Shown one piece after another: positions 35,412-37,257 of a DNA stretch of 37,257 bases. The notes below the pieces were generated by a model. The model worked only from the letters and a program-made list of their open reading frames with translations. It was not told where the DNA came from and searched no databases. Origin of the DNA: Patescibacteria group bacterium (GTDB lineage Bacteria > Patescibacteriota > Minisyncoccia > Phycocordibacterales > JACOZG01); NCBI GenBank assembly GCA_038065495.1, contig JBBTQW010000001.1, positions 1 through 37,257 of the forward strand, read 5' to 3'. Position 1 is the first letter of the stretch. Each line of letters opens with the position of its first letter. The translations under genes and the position numbers were made by a program.

Positions 35412-35717
35412 TTATTCTAAAATAGCTAAGATATTACTTTCGCTAATAATAAAATATTCTTTGCCATCCACTTTCACTTCGTCCGGACCATATTTCGAGA
35501 ATAATATTTTCTGACCTTTTTTTACCGACATTGGGATTAATTTCCCGTCATCAGTTCTTTTCCCTTCGCCCACCGCAATTATTTTCCCCTGCTCGCTTTT
35601 TTCCTTACTAACAGTGTCCGGAATAATAATTCCTGATTTCGTTTTCTCGCTATTCTCGAGATCAATCGCTTCCACCAGCACGCGATCGCCTAATGGTTTG
35701 ATGCTTATTTTACTCAT
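35412..35717 (-). CDS. groS: Co-chaperonin GroES
   Basis: IKPLGDRVLV, TKSGIIIPD, AVGEG; 3 bp upstream of groL. Confidence 0.98.
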   Translation of the reverse strand: MSKISIKPLGDRVLVEAIDLENSEKTKSGIIIPDTVSKEKSEQGKIIAVGEGKRTDDGKLIPMSVKKGQKILFSKYGPDEVKVDGKEYFIISESNILAILE

Positions 35718-35754
35718 GTTTTTATTAAAAAATTAAGCGACTAATAACGCGAGC

Positions 35755-35782
35755 ATTATACTCGGAAAAACTCTTTTTGCAA
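35755..35782 (-). promoter_or_regulatory. Sigma70 promoter of groES-groEL
   Basis: TTGCAA-N16-TATAAT, 37 nt before the ATG; no CIRCE seen. Confidence 0.65.
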
Positions 35783-35798
35783 GCACTTTTTAAGCAAG

Positions 35799-35827
35799 AA
35801 AAAAGCCGCGTCCCGAGAGGGCGCGGC
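35799..35827 (-). terminator. Intrinsic terminator of ORFan cassette D
   Basis: Minus strand GCCGCGCCC-tctcg-GGACGCGGC followed by T6. Confidence 0.8.
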
Positions 35828-35832
35828 GGATG

Positions 35833-36063
35833 TCAGTGGGTCTCCAGCATGGGGAGGTATTTGCGAAGTCTTTCTGGAGACACAAGATCCCAAGGCCGGT
35901 AGAAACTATCCTCGCCATGGTATTCACAGGTCAGATAGAATTCACCATTAGAACCAGACCAAAGCTGGTACCCACTACCACCCATTTCCGTTCCGAGCCT
36001 AAAGGTTCCCAAACTTGTGACTTCGCATGACGGCTTCCCCGGCTCCTGCTTAAGATAAGCCAT
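35833..36063 (-). CDS. Small hypothetical protein (ORFan cassette D), start at MAYLKQ
   Basis: AAAAGGAG 7 nt before ATG 36063; own promoter and terminator; 76 aa. Confidence 0.7.
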   Translation of the reverse strand: MAYLKQEPGKPSCEVTSLGTFRLGTEMGGSGYQLWSGSNGEFYLTCEYHGEDSFYRPWDLVSPERLRKYLPMLETH

Positions 36064-36095
36064 AGCAAATCTCCTTTTAAAAAACAGCCAAATAA

Positions 36096-36158
36096 AGTAT
36101 ACAAAAAAACCCACTTTCTGTCAATCTATTTGCGCTAGTTTCCCCTTTCTGCTACACT
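36096..36158. promoter_or_regulatory. Back-to-back promoters for cassette D (-) and secG (+)
   Basis: Minus: TTGACA-N17-TATACT (36124-36096). Plus: TTGCGC-N17-TACACT (36130-36158) with extended TG. Confidence 0.7.
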
Positions 36159-36169
36159 ATTCCCTAACG

Positions 36170-36400
36170 ATGTCAGTTCTCGCTAATATCTTGCCCTGGA
36201 TCCAGGTAATCTTGGCCGTATTGTTGGTCATTTTCATCTTGCTTCAGCAGAGTCAGGAGGGACTTGGTAGCGCCTTTGGCGGCGGTGCTAGTGGTGGCGT
36301 CTTCCATGCCAAACGCGGCGCAGAGCGAGTTATCTTCATCAGTACAATTGTTTTAGCGGGCTTATTTATTATCGCTAACATTCTTAATCTTTTTGTCTAA
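36170..36400 (+). CDS. secG: Preprotein translocase subunit SecG
   Basis: Two TM helices, ILLQQ..GLGSAFGG loop, KRGAE. Confidence 0.92.
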   Translation: MSVLANILPWIQVILAVLLVIFILLQQSQEGLGSAFGGGASGGVFHAKRGAERVIFISTIVLAGLFIIANILNLFV

Positions 36401-37257
36401 ACGAGCTAATCTGGCGCGCGCTCTGCGCGCGCTCCCGCCACGAGAGTGGCGCTGGCTAGTAGTTTCTCTCGCGCTTGGCCTCATCGGCTTTTTTTGGCTA
36501 GTCGCGGCGGTGGATAATTATTTTGCTGTTACTATTTCTACCCCCGGCGGGCAAATTACGGAGGGAATTATTGGCCCACCAAGATTTATTAATCCCCTGC
36601 TCGCCACGTCTGACGCTGATCGCGATTTAACCGCTCTCGTTTATTCCGGCTTAATGCGCTTAGACGAAACCGGTGAGCCGCAACCAGACTTGGCCGAAAG
36701 TGTAGAAGTCTCTGACGATAAATTAACTTACACTTTTCATCTCAAACCTAATCTGACTTGGCACGACGGCGAGGCAATCACGAGTGACGATGTAGAATTT
36801 ACCGTCCTCGCGGCCCAAGATCCGAGTGTTAAGAGCCAGAAGCGCGCGGCTTGGGAGGGCGTGAAGGTGGAGAAACTAGACGCGCAAACTGTCACCTTTA
36901 AACTCAAACAGAGTTATCCCACTTTCCTCGAAGCCGCCACGATGGGCTTGTTGCCAAAACATATTTGGGGACGGCTAGATCGCGAAGCTTTCCCACTTAA
37001 TCAGTTCAACACCGAGAGCATTGGCTCCGGACCGTATCAAATTCAGGATATCAAAAAAGATAATTTGGGTATTCCGGAATATTATGATTTAGCGCCGTTT
37101 AAGAATTTCGCCCTTGGCGCGGCCAAGATTAGTCTGCTCCGTTTACGCTTCTACAGTAGCGAGGCAGAACTCTTGAGCGCTTATCAGAATGGAGAAATAG
37201 AAGCCGGTAGTGCGCTCTCGGCCGAGAGCGCGGCCGCCCAGGAGGCGGCCCGGGGGG
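36393..37257 (+). CDS. Peptide/nickel ABC transporter substrate-binding protein (family 5), runs off the window end; not in the ORF track
   Basis: Manual translation from TTG 36393: MSKRANL..TM..GGQITEGIIGPPRFINPLLA..LVYSGLMR..PDLAES..YTFHLKPNLTWHDGEAITSDDVEFT..IGSGPY. Start codon uncertain. Confidence 0.88.
   Translation, partial: MSKRANLARALRALPPREWRWLVVSLALGLIGFFWLVAAVDNYFAVTISTPGGQITEGIIGPPRFINPLLATSDADRDLTALVYSGLMRLDETGEPQPDLAESVEVSDDKLTYTFHLKPNLTWHDGEAITSDDVEFTVLAAQDPSVKSQKRAAWEGVKVEKLDAQTVTFKLKQSYPTFLEAATMGLLPKHIWGRLDREAFPLNQFNTESIGSGPYQIQDIKKDNLGIPEYYDLAPFKNFALGAAKISLLRLRFYSSEAELLSAYQNGEIEAGSALSAESAAAQEAARG

Noticed and set aside
35718-35800. CIRCE element upstream of groES
   Set aside because: No TTAGCACTC-N9-GAGTGCTAA inverted repeat present.
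1-37257. Alternative genetic code 25 (UGA = Gly)
   Set aside because: gap, the N-terminal transketolase gene and others end at TGA at their expected lengths, and conserved genes have no internal TGA.

Overview
A 37 kb chromosomal segment, almost all on the minus strand, most likely from a Patescibacteria (CPR, Parcubacteria-like) genome. That placement is inferred from the short EF-Ts, split transketolase, GYAW..IGW surface proteins, coiled-coil lytic transglycosylase and SD-less core genes. TGA is used as a stop, so code 11 applies. It carries translation genes (tRNA-Thr, tsf, rpsB, prfA, rpmE, rplY, tRNA-Ser), a glycolysis/non-oxidative pentose phosphate cluster without transaldolase (fba, pfkB-type kinase, two transketolase halves, rpe, rpiB, gap), lemA-htpX, groES-groEL, secG, two solute-binding proteins and several large surface proteins. 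The most unusual signals are mostly non-coding. (1) Four dispersed ORFan cassettes share one architecture (sigma70 promoter, boxA-like pyrimidine tract, strong SD, ATGG, intrinsic terminator), whereas core genes lack SD and many look leaderless. (2) A decayed copy of the tRNA-Thr 5' half is interrupted by palindromic inserts with CCCG...CGGG ends, and a 78-bp inverted-repeat element with the same ends sits in a gene start. (3) The rpmE UAG stop abuts the RF1 ATG in frame. (4) A four-helix-bundle gene is bracketed by inverted heptamer arrays. (5) An 18-bp bidirectional promoter lies between fba and the kinase. All family calls come from motif recognition by eye; no searches were run.
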